DNA from: Chrysomallon squamiferum
Lineage: Eukaryota; Animalia; Mollusca
Direction of reading: 5' to 3'
NCBI GenBank assembly: GCA_012295275.1
Contig: CM022669.1
Location: forward strand, 17,794,001-17,858,000
DNA: 64,000 nt
The notes beneath the pieces were generated by a model that saw only the letters and a list, made by a program, of their open reading frames with translations, was not told the origin of the DNA and did not search any database. Made by a program: the position numbers and the translations under genes. Each line of letters starts with the position of its first letter. Position 1 is the stretch's first letter. Below, one piece after another: positions 51,903-64,000 of this stretch.

Positions 51903-54099
51903 TTATTTATTTATTTATTATTTAATTATTTTCTGTTCATTTTTATTTTTTTATTTTATTTATTTATAACTGATATTGTTTAAGTTTTGGAAGATTTTTT
52001 TTTTTAATATAAATCAGAATGTTTGTTTCTATAAATTATTTCCTGTAAGACAAAAAGTACTTAAATAATAAATGCTTTTAATATTAGCAACAAAATGTCA
52101 TTACCAAGGGAATAAGACTAATATAAAATATATTATTAACTGTTCAAGAAATTCTTCATATTAACTGGAAAAATCAATTAATAATTGCACTTAATAACTT
52201 TTCCAATAATTTTTATTCTTTATTTTATGAAAAAGACAAATCCAGTATTTTATACAATAACTTTGTTCTTTTTATTTATAGTAACAAGAAAAATCAATTA
52301 ATTATATTATTATGGTTAATTGTTTTTAACCAGTAAATTAATATGTAAACATGTAATTTTTATTTTTTTATTTTTTTTAAATTCTTGCAGATAGTCAAAA
52401 AAATATATTTTTGACATCGACAGCATAACTTTACAGTCTTTAATTTTCATATATACTAATTATATATATTTGTGACATTTATGCTATTGTCATCATTTAC
52501 ATTATTATATCAAATATTATATTTTTCATTATTATAATTATTATTAGTTATTATTATTATTATTACACAGAATAACTAATTAACAATTAAACTTGTTTCA
52601 AATATATATATACATACATATAATTTAACTAAAAAAATAACAGCAATAATATTTTAATTCATCACTGACTTCTTCTTCTTCTAATTATTATAAAAACTAA
52701 ACCTAAAAATATCTTCAAATTCTTACTTTTATTTCTCATTGATGCAGAACTGCCCAGTCTGCTACGACGAAAGAAGCTTCCAAAATATCCGTATTTAAGT
52801 GTTTCTATAAGCATGGATTTGCCCACTCCTGTAGACCCAAGTAACTTCAGTTTGATTCGACTGATTGGTTGTGGTTGTGGAATTAACTGAGTAATAAATG
52901 CTGCCGCTCTCTCCTACAACAACCACAACAACATCAAATACAATTTTAGTCTAAAATATGTGTGTGAGAGAGAGAGAGAGAGAGATGAATTTATGCTACA
53001 TAATCAATTTACAAAAATGCACTAACCATAAAATAATTGTAGAATAGAAAATTAATTTTGTTAGGCATATATCTATCTACTTATAAAACAGTTATTAAAA
53101 TGTTAAATTTTTTAAAAACAGTTTATGTCATAGACATGGTTCTGTGAATACAATGAAACTGTCTTGAATGAAGTATTAATTGAAAAGGTTAGACATTTAA
53201 ATGAATTAAGTGAAGTGTATGTTTTGTATGTATAACATTATACTTAAATCATCAGTATTATTTTTTTTATGTTATTATTACTTTACTATTACTATTATTA
53301 TTATTAACTATTATTATCATCATTATAAAATTAGTTATTATTATTAATATTATTTGATCTTACCCCATGGACTTTATTCAGGAGTTCTCCTATTGCTGAA
53401 AAACCTTGTGCCAAAGCCATTATTTCAGCTGTAACTCCATCCTAAATAATAAAATAATTAAATAAATAAATAAATAAAATAAAATAATAAAACAATTACA
53501 AATAAATAAATAGAGGAATAAATAAAATAAACAGAATTTTACAATTTATTAATTATCAAACGATTAGAAACAACAACAAGGAAACAAATGAAGAAATCAA
53601 TAAATAAATTATACAAAAAACAAAATAATAATAATAATAATAAAAAAAAACATTTTCACTTTACATACATTCATATATATATATATATTTTTTAAACAAA
53701 AAACAAGCAAAAAAAAATGAAAACAAAATATTAAAACTGATGTAAACAACAAACATTTTCTGCTATAAGGAGACATACAAATAACAAAACACAAACAGCT
53801 AGAATGAATTGAAAAGACTTCTATGGTTGTTATGTGCAACATCAGTTATTTATTATTGATTAATAGTACTGACTTTCCTCTCATGTTCAATACACTGTTT
53901 CCAGTTATTGACTGTAAAAAATCAAGTTTGTTGACACCATTGTGTTTTACTAATTGATGTCTCTTTTAGAGATTTATAATATGAATACAAACGCAGATAT
54001 GATGCAGGAGTATTCAGATTAAAATGAAGCAGCACTTGTAGAAATAAACTATTATGAAACTTTAAAGTGAATGTTTTTTCAAGTAACATAAAACCCAAA

Positions 54100-54134
<35 letters not shown>

Positions 54135-54567
54135 AATTTACTAGAAAATAATGCTACATTTCAAGACAAAGATCAAAAATAAATAAATAATATTATTAAA
54201 ATAAATTTTATATAAAATAAAATAAACTCTAAAAATAATAATAATAATAATAAAACAAAACATTATAAGTAAATAAATAAATAAAAACAATTCAGGGTTT
54301 TTAAAATCTCAACAAAAAGTGATACCCCCAAAAATTATCTATGAAAATATTTTGAAAAAATGAAAAAAAATATATTAAATATAAAAATAAAACAAAAAAC
54401 AGAAAAAGAAAATTAAAAAAAATCTTTTGAATAACAAACATTTTAAAAAATATGTATTTTCTATAGAATTGAAAAAAAAAAAAATTAATTATAATAATAA
54501 TAATAATAATAATAACAAAAAAAATAAATGAAAAAAAAAAAAAATAATAATAATAATAATAAATAAA

Positions 54568-54614
<47 letters not shown>

Positions 54615-55333
54615 GCTAGCTTCTGATGCAGGAAAAGACCTATAATTACCTTATTTGGAATGTCAGCATTAGCTCCAGCTAAGAGCAGACAGCGAACAAT
54701 GTCAATGTGACCTGCCTTGCTAGCCATATGTAGTGGGGTCAAGCCATCCTGAGAGAGACAAGAGACAGCGTTATTTAATTTGTACATCACACTGCTTCAT
54801 CTGTTCTTCAAGTGTGTCACTTTGACAGGACACACAGACAGACAGAAATTAATCTTAATGGAATTATTTTAGTCCTTTTGTATTGATTTTCTTTTATTAG
54901 TTAAAGATCAAGAGTGCTAGTCCTTTTAAAAATTACAGTGTTAGTGTCAATGTAAAACGGAGAGATGAGGGTGTGAGTAATTGTTATTTGGTTATTTACG
55001 AATGAAGAATCAAGAAATGATATAAAAACCCCAACTGGATGCATTTTTAACCCAGTTTATAGCTTAGAACTTGAGATTAAGTGATTCGAGACCTAAGCAA
55101 TGGCTAATAGGTTTCAGTTAGCAGTATGGTGTCTTTTTATGTTCGCCTTCCCATAGAGTGAAAAAACATATAACAGTCTTTGATGGGAAGCAGTATAATG
55201 AGAGTCTCAGGTGGTCTGATCAAATTATTTGTAACTGACAGACTGCAAATAACCATAATTAATCAGCTTTGTGTGAAAGGTATAATTCACTGGTATATAA
55301 TATGGATACAAACTGTTATTTAATATATACATA

Positions 55334-55383
<50 letters not shown>

Positions 55384-55518
55384 GGAAAGAACATTATTTT
55401 ATTTGATATTTTGTGCAGCCATGTTTATGTTTGAGAATGCAGTCAGAAAACCAAACAAAAAAGTGAAAGATGGAGATGTGTTTGTTTGTGTGCATTAGAG
55501 AAAAAAAGAGAAAGAGAA

Positions 55519-55599
<81 letters not shown>

Positions 55600-58500
55600 G
55601 AGGAGAAAGATACTGACAAGCGAAGAAATAATTTTACATTCTTGTTACTTACACAACGTTTAATTAGTGAATTTGTTTTGTTTTTTTAATTTTACTCACC
55701 TGACTCATTGGATCAACTTTGCACCCGTAGACACACATGGCTTGAACAACTGACGTGAGACCTTCCCTGGCAGCAGTGTGAAGTGGAGTCTCCCCTGTTT
55801 CCTAAATAACAAAATAATTCAATCTATTTAACTTGTTTACATGCATATATTCAAAATTAAAGACACAAAATTAAACAAAAAAAAATCATTATTTTTCTGC
55901 CTTGCTTTGCAAAAGAAAGCCAGTAAAATGTGGGAAAATTCTCTGCAGTGAACTTAAAGATGAATTTTCTATGTATAATTTTTTTTTTTTTTTTTTTTTT
56001 TTTACCGTTATCTAAATTTAAAAAGACAGATGCATTTCAACATCATCATCATCATCATCACATCATTATTATTATTATTGTTTTTATTATTATTATTACT
56101 ATTACTATTATTATTTAAATAATTCTTCAATTTCTTGCTAGGTTAAAAAAAATAAATAAATAATTACAGGCATTATTAAGTATTAAAAGAAGAGAAACAA
56201 ACCTTTTCTATGATGTCCATTTCGCAACCAGCGTTGAGCAACATCAGCGCAATGGATGAATGATGTCGATGACAGGCCATGTTTAACGCTGTACTGCCTC
56301 TCTGAAACACAAACATCACTTTGTATAACTCCTCAATATTAACTTCTAACTGTCATGTATTATTACGTCAAATACAGAATGACTTTATTACACACATATG
56401 TAGAAATACTCGTTGCTATGTATGTATGTATGTATATATATATATATATATATAATGTCTGATGACTCTTTGAAACACCATTTCTGGTTGGCCACAAAAT
56501 ATAAATATAAATTATTAAAATTTTTCTTTTTAATTCTTTTTTTTAATTTTTTTTAATTTTTCTCTTTTTTTTTTTCACATGATGTTCTCAGTAACCTATG
56601 CTTACGAAACTAGAATAATTCAAGCCACTTTTGAATTATTAACATTCAAACAAGAAACAATGAAAGAGATCCATAAGATATAATTCAAAACTGTTTCAAT
56701 TATTACTGTAATTCTCTGAAGATATCTGCTCAACAGAACTTACTGATATTACTGAATTTGCATGTAATATAAATTCTGAATATATATCCCAGTAGGCTTG
56801 GGCTAGAAACTGAATATGAGTGAATTGAATACCAAACAACATTCTCAATAAGAATTACAAAAAAGCTGAATAAATACATAAATAATCGTTTAAAATGTTC
56901 AGTACATACACACATTTAAATATTCATGTTTTAAAAACACCCATACATACACAATACAATTCTTTATTTGAAATGGGTTTTTTTTAATATTTTCAAAACA
57001 TTTTGTCATCATCATTGTTATCATAATTATTATTATTATTATTATTATTTTATTATTATGTTCTTTTTTTTTCTTTTTTTTTTCTCCACATTGTAAAATG
57101 GTAATATGTTCAGCATTCAGTGACTACTGACCTTGTCCATGTGGTTGAGAGGAGCTCCATACTCAAGGAGAATTTTCACACAGGACAAATTTCCTCTCAC
57201 ACTAGCACAGTGAAGAGCTGTTTCTCCTTCCTGTTAAAACAAAACAATTACTTCCATCAAACATTTACAGTTTCTTTCTTCATTTCTTTCTTTCTAATTT
57301 TTTTTTACACAGAAGCTGTATTTAAAATGTCTGTTAAAATGTTTTATGTTCTTTAATTTATTTTTTATTTTTTATTTTTTTTTTGCCCTCAAGTTTTGTT
57401 TAATGTTGTTTGCACTACTTGGGATTCAAACTCTCCACAGTATGAATGTGACTCACCATGAGAATCCTACCACCGTATTTCAATATCGATGACATTCTTT
57501 ATTATAACTTATCTAAAAAATATCTTTCTTTTTATTATAAACTATGTTTTTTTTATATATGACCCTTTTTTTATGTAACAGTAATTTTAAAATGTTTCTC
57601 TTTTTAATCATTAAATCTTGCCTAAAATGTCTCTTTTTTTTTTTTTTTTTTTAAACTGGATCTTATTTTTAAAATTTTCTCTTCTAGAAGTACAAATTGA
57701 TAAAGTTCATCATTTATCTTTTTTACTTCAATAAAACATAACTGATAAGCTTCTGTTGTTTTTTCACAGCCCTAAATTTGATTTTAAAATATACTACTTA
57801 AAGGATATTCTTTTATTTATGTACATTAAGATTATTTTGTTGTTATTGTTTTTTCTCAGGGGAATCAACATGAAAAATCTTTTCATTTGACATTTATTTA
57901 TTTATTTATTTATTTATATATATATGCCATTTTATTAAATAACTTGATATACAATGTAAGCATGTTATAAATTAGAACTCAAAATAAAATGAAATGAAAT
58001 AAAATAAATAAAAAATTCAACACAAAATCAAATTACTGAAACTGATCACTGAAATAAATTTTAAACCATGCAGACATTTATAATAAAACAAGTAAAAAAA
58101 ACAGCTATAAAATAATAGCAGTAACAATAACAATAAACACAACAACTGTCATAAAAATTAATATAATAATAATAATAATAATAACAATAAATAATAATAA
58201 CAATAAATACAATGATAATAAATACAAAACATTAAGCAATCTAACAAAAAAACAGGTGCCTGTTTCACTGAGGTAAATGAATACTACACTAGATCACATG
58301 ATAGAGGGAAAATGTGGCCTCTAACCAGAGGTGGCTGCACAAACTGGTAGTTGCTTAAGACAAAGGTTGCTAATACAAAACAACTGCAGGTTTGGCTAAA
58401 ATAAACAAATAAATCATAAAATTACATACAAATACCACGTCCTTATTAAACAAGTACACACATAGCTCTTGCTAACACAAACAAAATAAATATCTATATA

Positions 58501-59127
58501 CTGCAGAGGTGAAAGAGATAGACCTTCCGTTATTTGTAAAATGAAGTACCTTGTTCTGAATATCAAGTTGTGCGCCTGCAGAACAAAGTGTTCGGACAAT
58601 GTGAGCAAAACCATGCCAAGCTGCACTGTGTAGAGATGTCTCGCCAAGCTAAGGAAAAGACATTGGTTAAAAAATATTTAGTCACAACACATAACAAACA
58701 TCAGCCAAAACATGCACACAGTTAACTGGCTCATTTTTTTTATTTTTTATTTTTTTATTTTTTTTTTATTTTTCTAAATAAATATATTTTTGTCTAGACA
58801 CTTTGGAAAAATGTAAAAAAAATAAAAAGAACTAAAAATCTCATTATGCTTGTCAGCTTTTTAGAAAGCAAAATTCCTGATTATTGTTCAATTTGTTAAT
58901 AAAACTTTTTTTGTGATTAAAGTTTTAATTAATTAAATATTACATTAGTGTTCTTTGGATATTAAGAAAGAAAATAAATAAAAGAAGACAATTTTTTAAA
59001 AATTCTACAATATTCTCAATAAAAATGTAACTATTATTAAGTGCCTACAGGAACCATATAGGCCATGATGTTGTGATGTTAGGAACTATTAAAAATGAAT
59101 TAATATACTGCAAGAATTTAGATGGTG

Positions 59128-59179
<52 letters not shown>

Positions 59180-60553
59180 TGATGATTGGGGTGGTTTTTC
59201 AAATATTATTAACTCTGTTGTTGAATGTTTTTCCCTTCTTGTTACTGAGGAATAAGATGCCATTCTGACAAGTTCTGTGTTATCAAAACATTAAACCAGT
59301 GTGATGAAAGACAACCTATCAAGTGATCTATTGTATTGCATCAATTATCCAGGTTTAAAAAAAACATATACTTGAAACAAATGATAAAGATGATGACAAT
59401 GATGATAATGATATTGATGCTATTGATGATGGTAGTTGTCATGGTGATGATGATGAAGAAGACAAAAATAAAATGATTAAATTAAGAATTTTCATTTTCC
59501 ATTGCAGTTACAATGAACAAAAATTTAAAAATGTTAATTTATCATGCTTAACATTTAAACATTAGCCAGTTAAAATGACAGCAAAAGTTTAAAAAAATAT
59601 AAAATTTAAAACATTTTAAATAATAAAAACAAACAGAAATAAAATGTAAATCAGAAACATGCACAGTTAATAAAATAAATTTTAAGAAATGAATTTCATG
59701 CTGCATCAATCATGAGATATTGCACTGAAGATGTTTTCTGAATGACTTGAACATGAAAAAAAGACATGCTTAGGTGACAGAAAATTATCTACAGTATTGC
59801 CATGTTTTCCCTATCTCTATCTAAAACTTTTAACTATGGAATGTGACTTAATTAATTATTTCCTGCATTAACTATTTTAAAATATGTAACAATGAATCAC
59901 AGTCTCACCTTTGATATTCATACAAATCCAGCTAAAGATACTTTAACACATATTATAAATCAAATTTATAAGTTCTGATTTTTAATAATTATTTAATAAA
60001 TACATATTACAATATTTATTTTTCTTTCTTTCTGAAAAAACACCTATATATTTAACTGAATAATCTATTCACAGTGTTATCCTATATATATTATAATCTA
60101 TTCATCATATCCTGTAGGCTCTACATATTATAGTCTACTCATCATATCCTGTACATATTATAATCAGCTCACTATATCCTACATATACACATAATAATTA
60201 ACTCACTGTATCCTGCAGATTAATAGCCACTTGACAAGAACAGAGGTAGTCCACAATGTGAGCATGGCCATACCTGGATGCCACATGAAGTGCAGTTTCT
60301 CCGGACTGCAAGAAAATACAAGCAAAATGACTTAAAGATAAAAGAAAATTGATCAAGCTTAAAAATGGCTACTGAAGAAATGATTAAATTTATTTATTTT
60401 TTTTATTTTTTTTATTTTTATTATTATTATTTTATTTCTTGCAATTTATTGCAATTTGTTTTTAAATCAACACAATAACAATTATAACAATGATAATAAT
60501 AACAATAAATAAATGCCAATTTTAAAAGAAAATAAAGTGTAATTAATAACAGT

Positions 60554-60598
<45 letters not shown>

Positions 60599-62498
60599 AT
60601 TAAACCACAACTTCATAAATATAATATATTAATAAATAATTTTAATACTTATTTTAAATCAATATGTAATGTCACAGTAACACTCTTATTTTTTTTTCTA
60701 AATATTTTTATTACAATATTTGTTTTAAAAATCTATGTATATTTTTAATGACTAATGAACCATTCAAATATTTTACATTCTTTCTTCTCATTTCACTGTA
60801 AAGAAAAATGCTAATGAAAACATGTGACATTTGTCCTAAAGAGGAAACACCCTTGTTCAACATAACAGGTTTTCTTTAAGAACATTTTTTTCTGTTATGA
60901 CACAGACACAAATGTGCTTGTTCTAGAATATAAAATTTGTCACTTTATTTAACCCTGAAACAATCAGTCAAGTTTTAAACATCCCATTTAAATTAAGATT
61001 CATGGTTTATTTTGAAATGATATGTGACTCAGTAATGTTGTCATACTATAGTTTCTACTAACAACAATGGTGCTAATGTTCAGTAATAGCAAACAGAATT
61101 TGAAACTTTCATTACTACCAATGATTTTTTATTTTATAAAGACTGAAAATAAATACTTTTATTTTACTTTTGTATATCTATTTCAGAAATTATCATAAGT
61201 TATCTGTTAAATTATTTTATATATGTATACAACTGTAAATACATGTATATATGTGTATGCATGAGTAAGTGCGTCTGTGTGTCTGACTGTCTGTTTGTCT
61301 GTCTGTATGGGTGTGGCAGTATTTGTGTATGTGTATATCTTTTCTTTTTTTAATGAAAGAAAAGAAAAATGGACATAAAACATAAAAGAAATAAAGAAAA
61401 AAAAAGAAAATGGAAAAAGAAAGACTGAAAAATTACTTTTCTCCCATTTATATAAACAAACGTGAAATAACGATGTTTATTTATGGATAGGCAGTGTATA
61501 TATAGACATAACAAACTGGTAGATATCAGATGTTTATGTACAGAGACAATAAACCAAAATGTTTCTGTTGCCTCCGGCCACTTACCTGACCAGTGAAAGG
61601 GAAAGTTTAATAGCGTGACTGACAGTTAACTAAGCAGTTTGTCAACTTCTGTTACAATGTAGATAAAACACAAAACTTTGATCCTGACCATGATTACCAG
61701 GCCAAAACAAATAAAATATTTGCTTGCACAACCTCAATACCATTTTGTTTATTTAGCTTATATATCTATAACTTTTTCAGACAGATTTATTAAAAAATAT
61801 ATATATTTAGACAAAACTATATTAAATACTGGTACCTGGCAATAATTATAAATATGTTAGCCCATTAGTTACTATATACATAAATGTCAGGTCAAGCAGT
61901 TTTAATATTGGCATGCAGCCAATATGTTAAATATAAGCTAGGCTGTGTTAAATACATATGAAAACATAAATCCAAGTTTAGTGAATAGTAAAATAGTGAT
62001 TATACTGTAAAAGTGATTTTATTTTGGATTTTAGAGAGAAAGTGTTTACTGAGTTTACATAAAATATTACTGATTTTTCTGATAATAGTTTTAGAATTTT
62101 TATTTGTGAGTTTAAATTAAGAGAATTTGAACACGTTATTTTTAATTTAATTTTACCTATAGAAATACCAGTGTACATAATAATACACATATCACTAATA
62201 TTTCTGTAGATATATACAATATCTCCAATAGTTTATAGTAATTGGATATTCCATGGAGATTTTTATAGAATTTTTAATTCCCAAAAGGCAGTTATTTTTC
62301 AACATTATGTATTGTCTGTTATACTCATATTACAGAAAGTATTCTACAGTAAAACATTAAAAAAGTAATTTTTATCGTCTTGCTGCAATTTTATGTGTGA
62401 TTCGTCTGATTAATGTTATGATTACTAACAAAGAAAAAAAAAACGATAAAGAAACAGAATGAATTAATGTAAAATAAAATGAGAAAAATAAAAGAAAG

Positions 62499-62537
<39 letters not shown>

Positions 62538-63522
62538 AGAATTGAAAAGAAATAAAAAAAAATATATATATATAATAATAAAATTTAATAAAATAAAATA
62601 AAGGAAAAGAAACAAAATTAAAACAAAATAAAATAAAATAAAAGTAAAATAACATATATATTTTTAAATAATACAAAATACCAGACTAAAATGTAAAAAA
62701 AAAAAAATAACAAAGTTAATAACAAATAATATTTATATAATCATACTGAAAATAAACATGCCTTGCTTAACATACCTGAATAACACATTACATCAGAACA
62801 CCGAATGATTAAACATGAACTGACAATAATTTGTTTTAATTTTATTTATTTTCAATACACAACATTAAAATGCCATTAAATTACTCTTACTTTAGTTTTT
62901 GAGGTCAAGAGGAACTCCAGCTTCCTCCAGGTATTTTATAACTTCCAACTGTCCTTGTCTGGCTGCCCAGTACACCGCACTGTCACCTTGCTGAAAACAC
63001 AAACACAGGGCTCAATTTATTTGTGTTGAAAGTAAATGAGGAGACATTATGCTACGTAGTTGATCCAGAAATCAATATGAAACACGTTTCAATGGAGATT
63101 TAAAAAAAAAAATTAAAATGTGATTAGGAAAAACATTATTTGTGTATTAGGATAAGAGATATGACTTAAAAAATGTATTCATAAACTAATTTTAAGTCAT
63201 AATATAAACAGCGATTTTTCTAAATTTATTAACCGTTAAATGTATAAAATAAGAACCCTAGCCAAGCATATCATTATTACCTGAATATTTGATCATTTTT
63301 TAAAGTCACACACAAACAAACACAGTCATGTACACATACTGACATACTGACTGACATACACACTCACACACACACAGACCAACACTTTCTAGAAATAAAC
63401 ACTTAATTATTGTATTTAATTACCTTGTCTTTTACGTTGACATCGACACCTTTGGCTTGTAGAAATTTGATCACATCAACATGTCCTCCACTGGCAGCCA
63501 TGTGAACAGCAGTCTCACCATG
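47323..63522 (-). CDS. DAPK1: Death-associated protein kinase 1, partial (ankyrin repeats, ROC GTPase, COR, death domain); kinase exons lie beyond the right edge
   Basis: Exons 63522-63424, 62990-62891 (100 nt, disrupted), 60305-60207, 58648-58550, 57230-57132, 56301-56203, 55801-55700, 54748-54650, 53441-53364, 52913-52727, 51419-51312, 50802-50608, 49897-49638, 49090-48902, 48558-47323. One-ankyrin exons (GETALH/GLTPLH); P-loop RIKLKLLGSTGVGKS; WDFSG; VLVATHAD; DPKWLCSDVIG; death domain TRRLLCYLLDPSEPMGRDWCLLAVTLGL; Ser-rich tail ending SR. Confidence 0.95.
51006..51099. repeat. (CT)n microsatellite
   Basis: Direct run in a DAPK1 intron. Confidence 0.95.
55523..55601. repeat. (GA)n microsatellite
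   Basis: Direct run in a DAPK1 intron. Confidence 0.95.
60058..60224. repeat. Degenerate ~30-37 bp tandem repeat derived from the exon end/donor of a DAPK1 ankyrin exon
   Basis: Recurring TAATC..(C/T)TCA....TATCCT unit about five times; the last copy is the real junction ACTCAC|TGTATCCTG (minus CAGGATACA|GTGAGT). Confidence 0.6.
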
Positions 63523-64000
63523 CTACAACAACAACAAACACATCATCAACACAGTGACAGCAACACTGATACTACTTTACATTTCTTAGATCATCTAGGT
63601 TAGGATATTTTACGCTTTCTTGAAAAGATTATTATTATTTTTTTCAAATTCTCTTTTTATTAATATATGAATGTGGGTCAGCTTCAATATTTATTTCAGA
63701 CAGATATATGATGTACGAGAGCATGTTAATATGTATGGATGGATGCACATATTTGCATCTACAGATATGTATGCATGAGTTGTTATGTACATACAAATGT
63801 ATGACAGCATTTTTAATAAAGTATTGATGAGTACTCTATCAAATAATTTTATATTTGTGCAATATTAAAAATAATGTTGATAAAGTCAAACTGTGTCTCA
63901 ATATTTATACCACAAATAAGAAAAAATCAAAATAAATCCCTAAATAACAGCTGCAACTAAATAACAGACAAAATTCAATATCTAAACTAAATAATAACTG

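Noticed and set aside
58250-58400. Possible pogo/Tigger-like MITE end (GAGGTGGCTGC...GCTTAAGACA...CAGGTTTGGCT)
   Set aside because: No matching opposite end found; too degenerate to support.

Overview
AT-rich, microsatellite-dense, intron-rich animal DNA. It looks like an invertebrate, plausibly a mollusc, but that is only inferred from composition and gene style. I assembled five protein-coding genes by hand from splice sites and reading frame. (1) A 7-exon minus-strand JmjC/cupin 2-oxoglutarate oxygenase with a signal peptide, an EF-hand and a C-terminal KEEL (4248-11198). (2) An isolated linker histone H1 of replication-independent (H1.0/H5-like) type with an intronless CDS (13204-13827). 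(3) Lysosomal glucocerebrosidase GBA on the minus strand (16045-26363), whose catalytic-nucleophile exon is present as two intact, diverged tandem copies that are probably mutually exclusive. (4) ANKLE1/LEM-3 nuclease on the plus strand (26699-34154), head-to-head with GBA across a 335-bp gap carrying CLEAR-like E-boxes. (5) The 3' part of DAPK1 (ankyrins, ROC-COR, death domain; 47323 to beyond the window end), with one frame-disrupted ankyrin exon. Other observations: three GC-AG introns, a 79-bp minisatellite that multiplies a splice donor, a perfect 55-bp intronic inverted repeat, a 48-bp minisatellite, a decayed multi-copy segmental duplication with exon-like pieces at 35.5-41.5 kb, and degenerate transposon remnants. 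All coordinates were read by eye and no database search was run.
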